Part shown: piece after piece, positions 45,128 to 54,458 of the stretch
Numbering within the stretch: the first letter of the stretch is position 1
Layout of the letters: each line of letters starts with the position of its first letter
Source of the DNA: a candidate division TA06 bacterium SM23_40
Lineage (GTDB): Bacteria; LJUI01; SM1-40
Direction of reading: 5' to 3'
DNA length: 62,985 bases
Assembly: GCA_001303705.1 (NCBI GenBank)
Contig: LJUI01000007.1
Span: forward strand, 1-62,985
Notes under the pieces: model-generated
The model's database searches: none
Told to the model about the DNA's origin: nothing
Seen by the model: only the letters and a program-made list of their open reading frames with translations
Made by a program: the position numbers and the translations under genes

Positions 45128-46159
45128 ATGCGTAGTTATGTATGGGTGGTATTGGTTGCGGTTGCTGTGGGCGCCGCCCTGGGTGGGCCGGCCACAGCGC
45201 AGGTCGATACGCTGTACGCTGAGTATTTCACCGATGGTGGGTTCGATATCACCTGGGTTGCGGCATTTGAGGGAGACAACATGGATGTTACCTTCATGGC
45301 CGGTAACCCGAGTGGCGACGGATGGGTCGGATTCATCATCAACGAGATCGCCGCGCCTGTCGGCCTCACCTACTCTGGCGAAGACACGCTCGCCGACTAC
45401 AGCATCGAGGCGCAGATCTACACCCGGGTCGACACCACAATTAGCACAGGTTCGTACAACGGGATCCTCGCCCGATTCGACACGACCGAAGCAGGAACCG
45501 AGCTATATTACAGCATGGTGAGCGATTTCGATAGCGACCGTCGGCTCCGCCTCCGGCTGTACGATGGGAGCATGTTCCCCATCGTCATCCGCGACTGGGT
45601 TGGAGGCGAGATACCGGGCGGCGCGCCGACCGAGGACGGGTGGCACAAGTTCGAGCTGGCGTTCAATGCCGACACGATCTGGGCCTACTACGACGACATC
45701 GAATTGCCGGACTCCCCGTTCATCGAAGGCACCCTGCCGGCCGGCCACTTCGGCGTCTATGTCTTCAATTTCGCGGGCACCGACACAACGTACTGCGACG
45801 ATATCATCGTCACTGCTGCAGGGCCTCCGGTATCGGTGGATACAGGTCCGGACGTTCCACTCGATCTCTCGCAGGGCCTGCGTCTTCTCCCTGCAAGCCC
45901 CAATCCGTTTGTAGGATCGACGAAGATCGGATATGTCCTGCCGCCTGACGCCGTCTCCCGGCACGTGAGCCTCCGGGTCTATAACGTCGCCGGCCAGGCA
46001 GTGGCGACCCTCGTTGACCAGGAGATGGCCCCAGGGCGTCACTACGTCATATGGGATGGAAGAGACCATTCAGGCAGATCTGTCGCCAACGGCATCTACC
46101 TGGTCCATCTCGTGACCGACCGCGGCGTCGACTCAGAGAAGGTAGTGCTCGTCCGGTAG
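45128..46159 (+). CDS. Secreted LamG/concanavalin-like (DUF1080-like) protein with FlgD-like/T9SS-type C-terminal domain
   Basis: Signal peptide, then a jelly-roll-like region (YSIEAQIY...YNGILARF...WHKFELAF...GHFGVYVFN). Tail reads ASPNPFVGSTKIGYVLPPDAVSRHVSLRVYNVAGQAVATLVD...WDGRDHSGRSVANGIYLV. Confidence 0.75.
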   Translation: MRSYVWVVLVAVAVGAALGGPATAQVDTLYAEYFTDGGFDITWVAAFEGDNMDVTFMAGNPSGDGWVGFIINEIAAPVGLTYSGEDTLADYSIEAQIYTRVDTTISTGSYNGILARFDTTEAGTELYYSMVSDFDSDRRLRLRLYDGSMFPIVIRDWVGGEIPGGAPTEDGWHKFELAFNADTIWAYYDDIELPDSPFIEGTLPAGHFGVYVFNFAGTDTTYCDDIIVTAAGPPVSVDTGPDVPLDLSQGLRLLPASPNPFVGSTKIGYVLPPDAVSRHVSLRVYNVAGQAVATLVDQEMAPGRHYVIWDGRDHSGRSVANGIYLVHLVTDRGVDSEKVVLVR

Positions 46160-46220
46160 GAGTCGGCATCGCATTATACGAGGCGGAAGTCGAGTCGACA
46201 TACGAAGGCCTCGCCACGAC

Positions 46221-49154
46221 ATGAGATCGACTTTGCGTCGGCGCGCCGTCGATCCGGATCCCGTATTCCATAATGCCGGTGTGGGACCGGCCTCGAGGGG
46301 CAAGGGAGAGTGGTGTGCCGTGAGCCATAGGTTTGTCATCCGATCGCAGTACATCCATGCGCGCGATTCCGCATCGTGCGTTCCCCTCCTGATCCTCGTC
46401 GCATCCACGCTCTTGGTGTCGCTCCTCTCTCTCCCGTTGGCCGCGGGTGCAGCGCCCTCAGCCGGGCCCGGCGATCATGTGCCGGGCCGCCTCATCGTCA
46501 AATTTGCGGGGGGCTCCATACCAAGTGAGAGCAGCGAAGCGGACGATCGACTCTCGCCGCCCTTCGCCACTGGCATCGCCCGCCTCGATCAGCTCAACCG
46601 CACCTACGGGGTGAGCACACTCTCTAGACTCTTTCCCGGCAGCCTCCCTCCGGAGGATCAGTCGCAGGTCGATCTGTCGCGCATCTACGTCCTCCAGGCT
46701 CCGATGACAGCCCCCATAGCCGAGATGGTCCGTGAGTACAGCCGCCTTCCCGAGATCGAATACGCTGAACCACTCCCTCTCCGTCAGGCCTTCTACGTCC
46801 CCAACGACCCGCGTCTGCCAGCTCAGTGGCACCTCTGGAAGATCGATGCACGCGGGGCATGGGATATCGCCCGGGGCGACACCACGGCCATCATCGCCAT
46901 CATCGACTCGGGCGTCGCCTATGATCACCTCGATCTCGCGGCGGACATCTGGATCAACCCGGGCGAGGATCTGAACCACAACGGCATCGTCGACCCCGAG
47001 GACTTCAACGGCATCGACGACGACAGCAACTTCTTTATCGACGATATCAGGGGATGGGATTTCGTCGACATCGACTCCTCTCAGGTATGGCCCGGCGAAG
47101 ATCCCGGTCCACCCGACAACGATCCATCAGACTTCTCCGGACACGGAACCCACTGTGCCGGCATCGCGAGCGCAGCCACCGACAACGAGATCGGCGTAGC
47201 AGGCATCGGCTGGCGCTGCAGGCTCATGGTCATCAGGGCAGGATACCTCTCTATAGGCGGCCTCGGCCTGATTACGCATAGCATCGCCGGCATCTATTAT
47301 GCCGCCGAGATGGGGGCGGACGTCATAAGCATGAGCTATGGCGGTACCGGATGGAGTCAGGCAGAGCAGGACGCAGTGACCTATGCGACGCAGAACGGTA
47401 TCGTCTGTGTCGCCGCAGCAGGCAACGACAACGCCGCCAATCCGCACTACCCGGCTGCCCTCGACAGCGTAGTCGCCGTCGCTGCCACGGACACACTCGA
47501 CCTCAAGACAGACTTCTCGAACTACGGCAGCTGGATCGACGTCTCATCGCCCGGCGTCAAGATCTTGAGCACCGAGGCGAACGGCAGCTATGGCATGATG
47601 CAGGGGACATCGATGGCCTGCCCTCTCGTCGCAGGCCTTGCAGGGCTCACCGGCGCCCTTTCCCCTTCGCTGAGCCCCGAACAAGTGGCCGACCGGATCA
47701 TAACTACTGCAGATGACATTGACTCGCTCAACCCGGGCTACGCCGGACTGCTCGGGGCGGGACGCATCAACGCCGGACGTGCTGTGGACAGCGTAATCAG
47801 GATCCACTCCTACGAAGTGGACGACGGAGCCGGCAATGGCGACGGGCGGATCGATTTCGACGAACCGATCTCTCTCACGATTACACTCGTCAACAACTAC
47901 CAGTTCGTTGCCGGTATAAGCGCTACACTCTCCTCGACCTCTCCCCTCGTCACCATCACAGACGGGACCTCGGACTACGGGTTCATTCCGTACCAAGGCG
48001 TAGGAGACAATGCAGGCGATCCGTTCGAGTTCGTCGTCTCGCAGAGCACTCTCCCGTTCCTCCGTATTCCGTTCGAGCTTCTGATCAGCGCCGACGGCTG
48101 GGAGTACACCCAGCAGATCGAACTCCCTGTCGGACGCGGCACCGTGCTTGTCGTCGACGACGACGATGGCGAGAGCCAACAGCACTGGTACTACTACACC
48201 ACGGCACTCGACGAGCTCGGGATCACACCAGAGGTATGGAGCACCGACGAGAACGGAAGGGTCGGCACTGAGCTTTCACACTACCAGGCCGCTATCTGGT
48301 ATACAGGGGACGCCGACTCACAGATCCTCACACCTGACGATCAGACTGACATCGCGGCCTACCTCGACGCCGGAGGCAACCTCTTCCTCACCGGCCAGAA
48401 CATCGCACACGATCTCTCCGAGCTGGGCGGCGGCCCCGAATTCCTCACCGATTACCTGTACGCCGCGTATCTTCTCGACGACGCCAACGATGGGGGACTT
48501 GTGGGAGTGGCGGACGATCCCATAGGGGATAGCGTATCGCTCGTCATCGTAGGTTCGGGAGGGGCCGGCAATCAGGATTCGCCAGATGTTATAGAAGCAA
48601 TGCCGGGCGCGTATCCCATTCTGCTGTATGACGAGGACGAGCCTGACAGCCTGGGCGGGCTTCGCTACGAGGCGACCTGCAAGCTTGTCTACTTCTCCTT
48701 CGGGTTCGAGGGAATAAATGACGACGCCCCAGGACATACCAAACGCCACGAGCTTCTCGCCCGCATCCTGGGATGGTTCGGTCTGGTGAAGATCAGTAAG
48801 GATGACCCGGGCTCTTTCGAACGCGCTCCCCGGCTAACCCTGGGGCAAAACTACCCGAATCCGTGCAGCCGATCCACGACCATCGCCTACACCGTGCCGG
48901 CCGGAGATCGCGCCGCCCCGGGATCCTCGACAGGAGAGGCCGTCTCCAGGGTGACCCTCAAGATCCATAATCTTCTGGGCCAGCTCGTGAGAACCGCAGT
49001 CGACCAGGAGCTGCCGCCCGGCAGATATGATTTCACCTGGGATGGAACCGATACGGCCGGGCGGCGCGTGGCCAGCGGCATCTATTTCTATACCCTGAGC
49101 GTTGGAGGGGAGTCGCTTACAAAGAAAATGGTAGCCCTCCACGCGCCACGCTAG
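46221..49154 (+). CDS. Secreted S8-family subtilisin-like serine protease with FlgD-like/T9SS-type C-terminal domain
   Basis: Catalytic triad motifs IIDSGVAYDHLDL (Asp), SGHGTHCAGIA (His) and GTSMACPLVAG (Ser). Tail reads GQNYPNPCSRSTTIAYTVP...LKIHNLLGQLVRT...WDGTDTAGRRVASGIYFY. The exact start is uncertain. Confidence 0.85.
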   Translation: MRSTLRRRAVDPDPVFHNAGVGPASRGKGEWCAVSHRFVIRSQYIHARDSASCVPLLILVASTLLVSLLSLPLAAGAAPSAGPGDHVPGRLIVKFAGGSIPSESSEADDRLSPPFATGIARLDQLNRTYGVSTLSRLFPGSLPPEDQSQVDLSRIYVLQAPMTAPIAEMVREYSRLPEIEYAEPLPLRQAFYVPNDPRLPAQWHLWKIDARGAWDIARGDTTAIIAIIDSGVAYDHLDLAADIWINPGEDLNHNGIVDPEDFNGIDDDSNFFIDDIRGWDFVDIDSSQVWPGEDPGPPDNDPSDFSGHGTHCAGIASAATDNEIGVAGIGWRCRLMVIRAGYLSIGGLGLITHSIAGIYYAAEMGADVISMSYGGTGWSQAEQDAVTYATQNGIVCVAAAGNDNAANPHYPAALDSVVAVAATDTLDLKTDFSNYGSWIDVSSPGVKILSTEANGSYGMMQGTSMACPLVAGLAGLTGALSPSLSPEQVADRIITTADDIDSLNPGYAGLLGAGRINAGRAVDSVIRIHSYEVDDGAGNGDGRIDFDEPISLTITLVNNYQFVAGISATLSSTSPLVTITDGTSDYGFIPYQGVGDNAGDPFEFVVSQSTLPFLRIPFELLISADGWEYTQQIELPVGRGTVLVVDDDDGESQQHWYYYTTALDELGITPEVWSTDENGRVGTELSHYQAAIWYTGDADSQILTPDDQTDIAAYLDAGGNLFLTGQNIAHDLSELGGGPEFLTDYLYAAYLLDDANDGGLVGVADDPIGDSVSLVIVGSGGAGNQDSPDVIEAMPGAYPILLYDEDEPDSLGGLRYEATCKLVYFSFGFEGINDDAPGHTKRHELLARILGWFGLVKISKDDPGSFERAPRLTLGQNYPNPCSRSTTIAYTVPAGDRAAPGSSTGEAVSRVTLKIHNLLGQLVRTAVDQELPPGRYDFTWDGTDTAGRRVASGIYFYTLSVGGESLTKKMVALHAPR

Positions 49155-49225
49155 CCACCTTCGAGCCTGCCTGTCCCACCTCACCCGCCATCGGCGATAA
49201 TCTCGCCCCCGCAGGAGAATCGAAC

Positions 49226-49249
49226 GGGGTCCGGCACCTACCGGACCCC
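49226..49249 (+). terminator. Hairpin terminator candidate
   Basis: GGGGTCCGG (49226-49234), loop CACCTA, CCGGACCCC (49241-49249). It lies about 70 nt after the stop and has only a weak U-tract. Confidence 0.45.
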
Positions 49250-49635
49250 GCAATGCTTCTTCATCCCCCGATCCTGCGGCGGGACCGGCGGAAACCTGGG
49301 TTTCAGGCCATCCCGGGGCGCAGACCGCAGATAAGTTAGGGTTACGGCCCCATTCTCTCCGAAGGTCTTGTCGTTATCTAATGAGGTGCCCTAGCAGATC
49401 CGCAGCGGCTGTCCCCGAGATGGCCCTTCCTTCAGCGAGCTCGGCTATCCCGCGTGTTAGGGCCACTGCCCCTCCCCACCACCCAATCGTGCCGAGCTCA
49501 ACCTGCACCATGCTACCCGCATATTCGGGCTTCATGGGCTCGATGATAGAATTTCACTAAGTCCCGGATTCAGGAAGGCTACTCTTGCTATACCATAACA
49601 TCGGAATTCCCCATTCTGCTCCCGGAGATTTCATT

Positions 49636-49664
49636 TTGACACTCCCTCCCACCCTCGATATACT
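49636..49664 (+). promoter_or_regulatory. sigma70-type promoter candidate TTGACA-N17-TATACT upstream of the MscS-family gene
   Basis: The hexamers are identical to those at 44994-45022. The spacer is 17 nt, and the site lies about 200 nt upstream of ATG 49868. Confidence 0.5.
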
Positions 49665-49867
49665 GAGCGTGTCCATCCGCGCAATCGACCGATCGAGCAT
49701 CGCCATCCGATTGCACTCTATCCGGAAATCTCTATACCTGACATCGGCTACAAGGAGGTCATCATGTGAGAACACCTCACCCCACATTCTAGCCCACCAC
49801 CATTCATCTGTTCAGTCAGCCCTGCGACCCAGCACAGTCAGACACGAGAGAAGGAGGTACATCGACA

Positions 49868-50698
49868 ATGGATTTCACAGCCAGCACCGTCTTCGACTTC
49901 CTCAAGCTCCGTCTTATCGACGCCGCGGGGAAGATAGTCTTTGCACTCATTATCCTGTTGGTTGGCTATGTCCTGTCGCGCGTTGCCGGGCGATTAGTAG
50001 GAAGAGCCCTCGATAGAACGAAGATCCGCGACAACAAGATCCTCATCAAGTTCCTCATGGACGCAGCGCGCGGCGTCATCATGATCTTCACTCTCATCAT
50101 CGCCCTGGGCAAACTGGGGATCGACGTAGGAGCCCTGATCGCGGGCGTCGGGGTGGCAGGATTCGTCATCGGCTTCGCGTTCAGGGACTCCCTCTCCAAT
50201 TTCGCATCCGGACTGCTCCTCGTCTTCTATCAGCCGTTCCGGATCGACAATTTCGTCGAGGCGGGCGGAACGATGGGCATAGTCAAGGAGATCAACATCC
50301 TCACTACCGTGCTCCGGACCCCGGACAACAAGGAGATTATTATCCCGAACTCGAAGGTATGGGGAGACACCATCACGAATTTCGCCGCGTACGAGACGCG
50401 GCGCATGGAGCTCAGGGTAGGAATCAGCTACGACGCCGACATACCGACTGCTCTCAAGACGATCAGAGATGTGATGAAGCGGGATGAACGCATACTCGAA
50501 GATCCCGCGCCGTTCGTCGGCGTCTCTGAATATGGTGATTCGAGCATCAACCTCGTCGTGCGGCCCTGGGTCCCGCTTGCTCAGTACTGGGACATTTACT
50601 TCGACCTCCACGTGGCGATCAAGAAGGCCCTCGACGAGGCCGGCATCGAGATACCCTTCCCCCAGCGTGTGGTGCATATGAAGCAGGCGGGAGGCTAA
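49868..50698 (+). CDS. Small-conductance mechanosensitive channel (MscS family)
   Basis: AAGGAGG RBS. Three N-terminal TM helices followed by the conserved pore/beta-domain region (GFAFRDSLSNFASGLLLVFYQPFRIDNFVE...). Confidence 0.85.
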   Translation: MDFTASTVFDFLKLRLIDAAGKIVFALIILLVGYVLSRVAGRLVGRALDRTKIRDNKILIKFLMDAARGVIMIFTLIIALGKLGIDVGALIAGVGVAGFVIGFAFRDSLSNFASGLLLVFYQPFRIDNFVEAGGTMGIVKEINILTTVLRTPDNKEIIIPNSKVWGDTITNFAAYETRRMELRVGISYDADIPTALKTIRDVMKRDERILEDPAPFVGVSEYGDSSINLVVRPWVPLAQYWDIYFDLHVAIKKALDEAGIEIPFPQRVVHMKQAGG

Positions 50699-50732
50699 CA
50701 GCAGCATCCCGGCATATCCGGCAGGGTGTGGA

Positions 50733-51518
50733 CTACTCCTCTTCGGGGCGGACGTTCAGAGCCCAGTCGTAGAGCATATAGCTGACCGTCACATCGTGCT
50801 CGCTGACGAAGGCCTGATCCTCGACCGAGAGGTAGGGGGAGACAAAGGAGTCGACCGATCCGGCGACCTGGGAGAACTCCTCGCCAAACCAGCTGAAGAT
50901 CGCCGACAGGTCGAGCCTGGCCTCTTCCCTATCAAGGATGGCCATTCCATCGTCGATTATGCTCCTTCTCGCGGCCTCCTCCAGGCGTGCGTCGAGACCG
51001 TCTGCTAAGAAGGCATCCCGGGCAAGAGTGGGGCCGCCGACTGCTGCCAGAGAGAGCACGAAGTGGACGCGCGGATCACGGAATCGTACCCACATCTCGT
51101 TGCCCATATCATTGAGTGTCATCGCCCGGCCCGCCACCTGATGCTCGACGCCGTCGAAGAATCCTGCAGACATGGCGATACTCCTCACGGGGTACCGGAC
51201 CGCCACGGCATGTAGCACAGTCGCATTGTAGGCATTGATCCAGAAGGCCATGCTCTCCTCACGGGTGGTATAGAACGAGAGATCAGCGTTGGCGACGTCA
51301 TCGAGATATTCAGTCAGCGTTTCGTCGTCCGCGAGCGCCTTGTAGTCGACGAGCCCATCCTCAACATGTCGCTTGAGCACTTGATCGTACAACTCGTGCG
51401 ACACCCGGACCCCCCCCTTCCCACATCCCACCAGTGTCACTAGTGCCGCCGCCAGCACGATCGCGAAGGAGACGAGGCTCGCCCTCCGCTCCACAACACA
51501 CAGTCCTCGAAGCATCAT
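50733..51518 (-). CDS. DUF547-domain lipoprotein
   Basis: Lipoprotein signal sequence LVTLVGCGKGG and the motif MAFWINAYNATVLHAV, characteristic of DUF547. Confidence 0.7.
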   Translation of the reverse strand: MMLRGLCVVERRASLVSFAIVLAAALVTLVGCGKGGVRVSHELYDQVLKRHVEDGLVDYKALADDETLTEYLDDVANADLSFYTTREESMAFWINAYNATVLHAVAVRYPVRSIAMSAGFFDGVEHQVAGRAMTLNDMGNEMWVRFRDPRVHFVLSLAAVGGPTLARDAFLADGLDARLEEAARRSIIDDGMAILDREEARLDLSAIFSWFGEEFSQVAGSVDSFVSPYLSVEDQAFVSEHDVTVSYMLYDWALNVRPEEE

Positions 51519-51609
51519 TCGATTCCTCCCCTAGAGCATTCGAACGGCAGATCTCAAAAGACCGTCCGGTTACCGGAAACGACTCACATCAGACGCGGCT
51601 GCCCCCGGT

Positions 51610-53556
51610 TCATGAGCCACGCCTCTGATACGCCAGACGCCCCGAGATGATACGGCGATTCGCGCGGGCAAACTCCTCCAGCCAGGTGCGCAGCCGCGCA
51701 TGATCCTCCCGCGATATCCGTTCGCTCAGAAACGCGATCCTCCTCGTGAACACTGCTTCAACATCCCGTATCGTTACCCCGCACGTGAATTCGCCGAACG
51801 GTTCATGATAGGTCACAACCTCGGGACTCGTCTCAATCTCAAACCCGGGCGGCAGCTTGAGGACCACGCGATCGCTCAACGTCTCGGGGTATCTGAGACG
51901 AACCGGATAGCGCCGCTCTTCGGTAGCCACGGGATAGGTCACCACGGGCTGACTGAGGACATCGGGGAGAAAGAAGACCGACCCTTCGCTCTTCTGCGCA
52001 TAGGACGGAATGCTGAACCGGAACGATAGTGTGAGGGGCTCGGCGCTGCTCTCCAGCGATCCTATCTCCGCCTCCTCGACTATGACCCCGGGACAGCGGT
52101 ACGCGAGATAGCGTTCCAGCCATCGGTATCTCTCACCGGGCGACAGCCGACCGAGATCGAACCGCGCCTCGATCGCCGGCTGCCCCGACATCCGGACCGT
52201 TCCCTCGCAGACGAGCCTCCCGCTGGGATCCAGGAGAGCCTCGAGCTCTGTCCTCGTCTGGTTGGCCCGGCACACCGCCCCTCCTATCTGGCGCACCGCG
52301 CCGCGCTCCCCCTGTACGACGAGGGCTCCCGCTCCAAGGTCGACATAGGGAAGCTCGCCATACGGACAGGCCGTGCATGTAGGATCAAGCCAGACCTCGC
52401 CTGACGGCAGGGAGGCGAGGACGATGGCATGGTTGAACTGGAGCGAAGGCAGCGTCTCGTCGAACCTCCCGATGTCGGTTGTCCTCACCAGGACGAGCGA
52501 TCCCTCGATCCCGGTAGCTCTCAGCATCGCGATCAGCAGAACCGCCATGTCCTTGCAATCGCCGTACCGCTGCTGGAGCACGGATGGTGCGGGATGGGGC
52601 TGCACCCCGCCGATGCCGATCTCCACGGCGACATATTCGATATTGTCGCGCACCCATTCGTACAAGAGGCGGACCCTTTCCTCCTCTTCCTCTGCGTCAG
52701 CTACGAGATCGAGGGCAAGGGCCTCTACGGCCGCATCGGGTCCCATACGGTCCTCTGCCAGATCGTTGACCCACCTGGCAAGATTGTCCCAGGACTTAGT
52801 GATCTCGTACCCCAGCATGTCCGCGATAGAGAAGGAGATGTGAGCAGCCACCTCGCTCATCGGAGGCATGAGCGGTTCTGGCTCGATGGCCGGGACCTGT
52901 TCGATCTCCCAACGAAAGCTCTCGACGTTACGTCCCTCTCCTACCTCTCTGACGGGGGAGATATCGAGATTGTACAGGCGATAGTCATATAGCCACCCGA
53001 GCGGAACAGTGAGCTGGAAGGTCGATCTCGCAACCGGAGCCCATCCCTGAATCCACCAGTCGAAGGGGAAAGGACTTCGGCGCTCGATCGCATACTCGTA
53101 CTCTATGACCGACCCCACCTCTACACCGGGGATCATGAATCTCCTGGCGCGTGCATCGGAGAAGAAGATGTAATCGGGAAAGAGCGTAATATCATAGATA
53201 TCTACTGGATCGAGAAGGGAGATCGAACCATCCGGTGAGATGGACCGCCCTCTGATATCTGTCACGCGCGAGCTCCCTCCGTAGGGAATCGTCACCTCTG
53301 CGTACCCACGCCCCCGAGCATCGTTCACCTCGATGATTCGATGGTGCTCAAAGCGTGACTCCCCTCCACGCTCCAGGACCCGTAGCTTCCCCTCATCCAG
53401 AATGACCACCGCCCCCGCATCTGGATAGCGGGGCGAGTCGGAGGCCATCGCAGAGATCTCGGCGACGGGGAGCCAGCCCCGCGTGCCGCACCCGGCAAGC
53501 GCCATCAGCACGGCAAGCAGCGAAAGAGCTATGATGACCCCGTGCACCCGATCCAT
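51610..53556 (-). CDS. DUF3857 + transglutaminase-like cysteine-protease-fold lipoprotein
   Basis: ATG 53556 has GGAGGAG upstream and a lipoprotein signal (LLAVLMALAGCG). Transglutaminase core YGDCKDMAVLLIAMLRATGI...FNHAIV. Confidence 0.8.
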   Translation of the reverse strand: MDRVHGVIIALSLLAVLMALAGCGTRGWLPVAEISAMASDSPRYPDAGAVVILDEGKLRVLERGGESRFEHHRIIEVNDARGRGYAEVTIPYGGSSRVTDIRGRSISPDGSISLLDPVDIYDITLFPDYIFFSDARARRFMIPGVEVGSVIEYEYAIERRSPFPFDWWIQGWAPVARSTFQLTVPLGWLYDYRLYNLDISPVREVGEGRNVESFRWEIEQVPAIEPEPLMPPMSEVAAHISFSIADMLGYEITKSWDNLARWVNDLAEDRMGPDAAVEALALDLVADAEEEEERVRLLYEWVRDNIEYVAVEIGIGGVQPHPAPSVLQQRYGDCKDMAVLLIAMLRATGIEGSLVLVRTTDIGRFDETLPSLQFNHAIVLASLPSGEVWLDPTCTACPYGELPYVDLGAGALVVQGERGAVRQIGGAVCRANQTRTELEALLDPSGRLVCEGTVRMSGQPAIEARFDLGRLSPGERYRWLERYLAYRCPGVIVEEAEIGSLESSAEPLTLSFRFSIPSYAQKSEGSVFFLPDVLSQPVVTYPVATEERRYPVRLRYPETLSDRVVLKLPPGFEIETSPEVVTYHEPFGEFTCGVTIRDVEAVFTRRIAFLSERISREDHARLRTWLEEFARANRRIISGRLAYQRRGS

Positions 53557-53695
53557 GCCTCTCTCTCCTCCTGATTCCCTCCAGCGCTCCACGCCCCTCG
53601 TCTTCCCGGCATCGTGCCTCCCTGTCGAGACCCCTCCCCCTGTGCCCTCAGATCGCCACTCCATTATCCTCGGAACCTTCTCCGCTCGTGCATAG

Positions 53696-53725
53696 TTGTA
53701 CCATGCCGCACTGCGATTGTAGAAT
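53696..53725 (+). promoter_or_regulatory. sigma70-type promoter candidate TTGTAC-N18-TAGAAT
   Basis: TTGTAC at 53696-53701, an 18-nt spacer, TAGAAT at 53720-53725, with TG at the extended -10 position. It lies upstream of the nitroreductase gene. Confidence 0.35.
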
Positions 53726-53851
53726 CGATACCATAGCACGTCAAGGCGAAACAGGTTCCCGCACGACCCCCTTGATTTCCTGGCCGTTTCGGAGTATGCT
53801 CCTTTCGTTGGCGAAAAAACACCCACGGAACAAAGGAGAAGGAAAACGCCT

Positions 53852-54367
53852 ATGGAGTTCTACGATGTCGTCAAGGATCGCCATTCGGTGCGCGTCTTCA
53901 CGGCCAGGCCCATCGAGGAGCAGCGAATAGAGCGGATCCTCGAGGCGGCCAATGCTGCGCCCTCGGCCGGCGACCTGCAAGCGTACGAGATATTCGTCCT
54001 GAGGGACAAGACTATGCTCGCCAGCCTGGCCAAGGCTGCATACGGACAGGCATTCATAGCCCGGGCCCAGCTGGCGCTCGTCTTCTGCACGAACGCCCGC
54101 CGTTCCACGGTGAAGTATGGCGCCCGCGGAGAACGGCTGTACGCCATCCAGGATGCGAGCATCGCCGCCACCTTCGCCATGCTCGCGATAGCGGCCGAGG
54201 GTCTGGCTACAACGTGGATCGGTGCATTCGACGATGACCGGGTAGCGGAGGTGATCGGGAATCCGCCGGGGCTCGTCCCGGTGGCTATTATCCCCATCGG
54301 GTACCCGGGCGAGGATCCGCTCCCCACGCCACGGCGGCCGCTCTCCGACATCGTACATGAACTCTAG
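53852..54367 (+). CDS. Nitroreductase-family flavoprotein
   Basis: MEFYDVVKDRHSVRVF...APSAGDLQAYE...WIGAFDDD; 171 aa. Confidence 0.85.
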   Translation: MEFYDVVKDRHSVRVFTARPIEEQRIERILEAANAAPSAGDLQAYEIFVLRDKTMLASLAKAAYGQAFIARAQLALVFCTNARRSTVKYGARGERLYAIQDASIAATFAMLAIAAEGLATTWIGAFDDDRVAEVIGNPPGLVPVAIIPIGYPGEDPLPTPRRPLSDIVHEL

Positions 54368-54458
54368 TCGACTCAGTCACACCCCGACACCTAACCTATA
54401 GAGCAGCTCGATATCGGGTGCCAGGTCATGGGCGAGGGAGACAAGGAGGAAGTGGACA

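Noticed and set aside
49374-49787. Two small minus-strand ORFs (49557..49787, 76 aa; and an unlisted 53-aa ORF at 49374..49535, MKPEYAGSMVQVELGTIGWWGG...) as a possible toxin-antitoxin pair.
   Set aside because: Neither has a Shine-Dalgarno sequence, and I recognised no family motif. The larger one overlaps the well-formed plus-strand promoter at 49636-49664. Not enough evidence to call.
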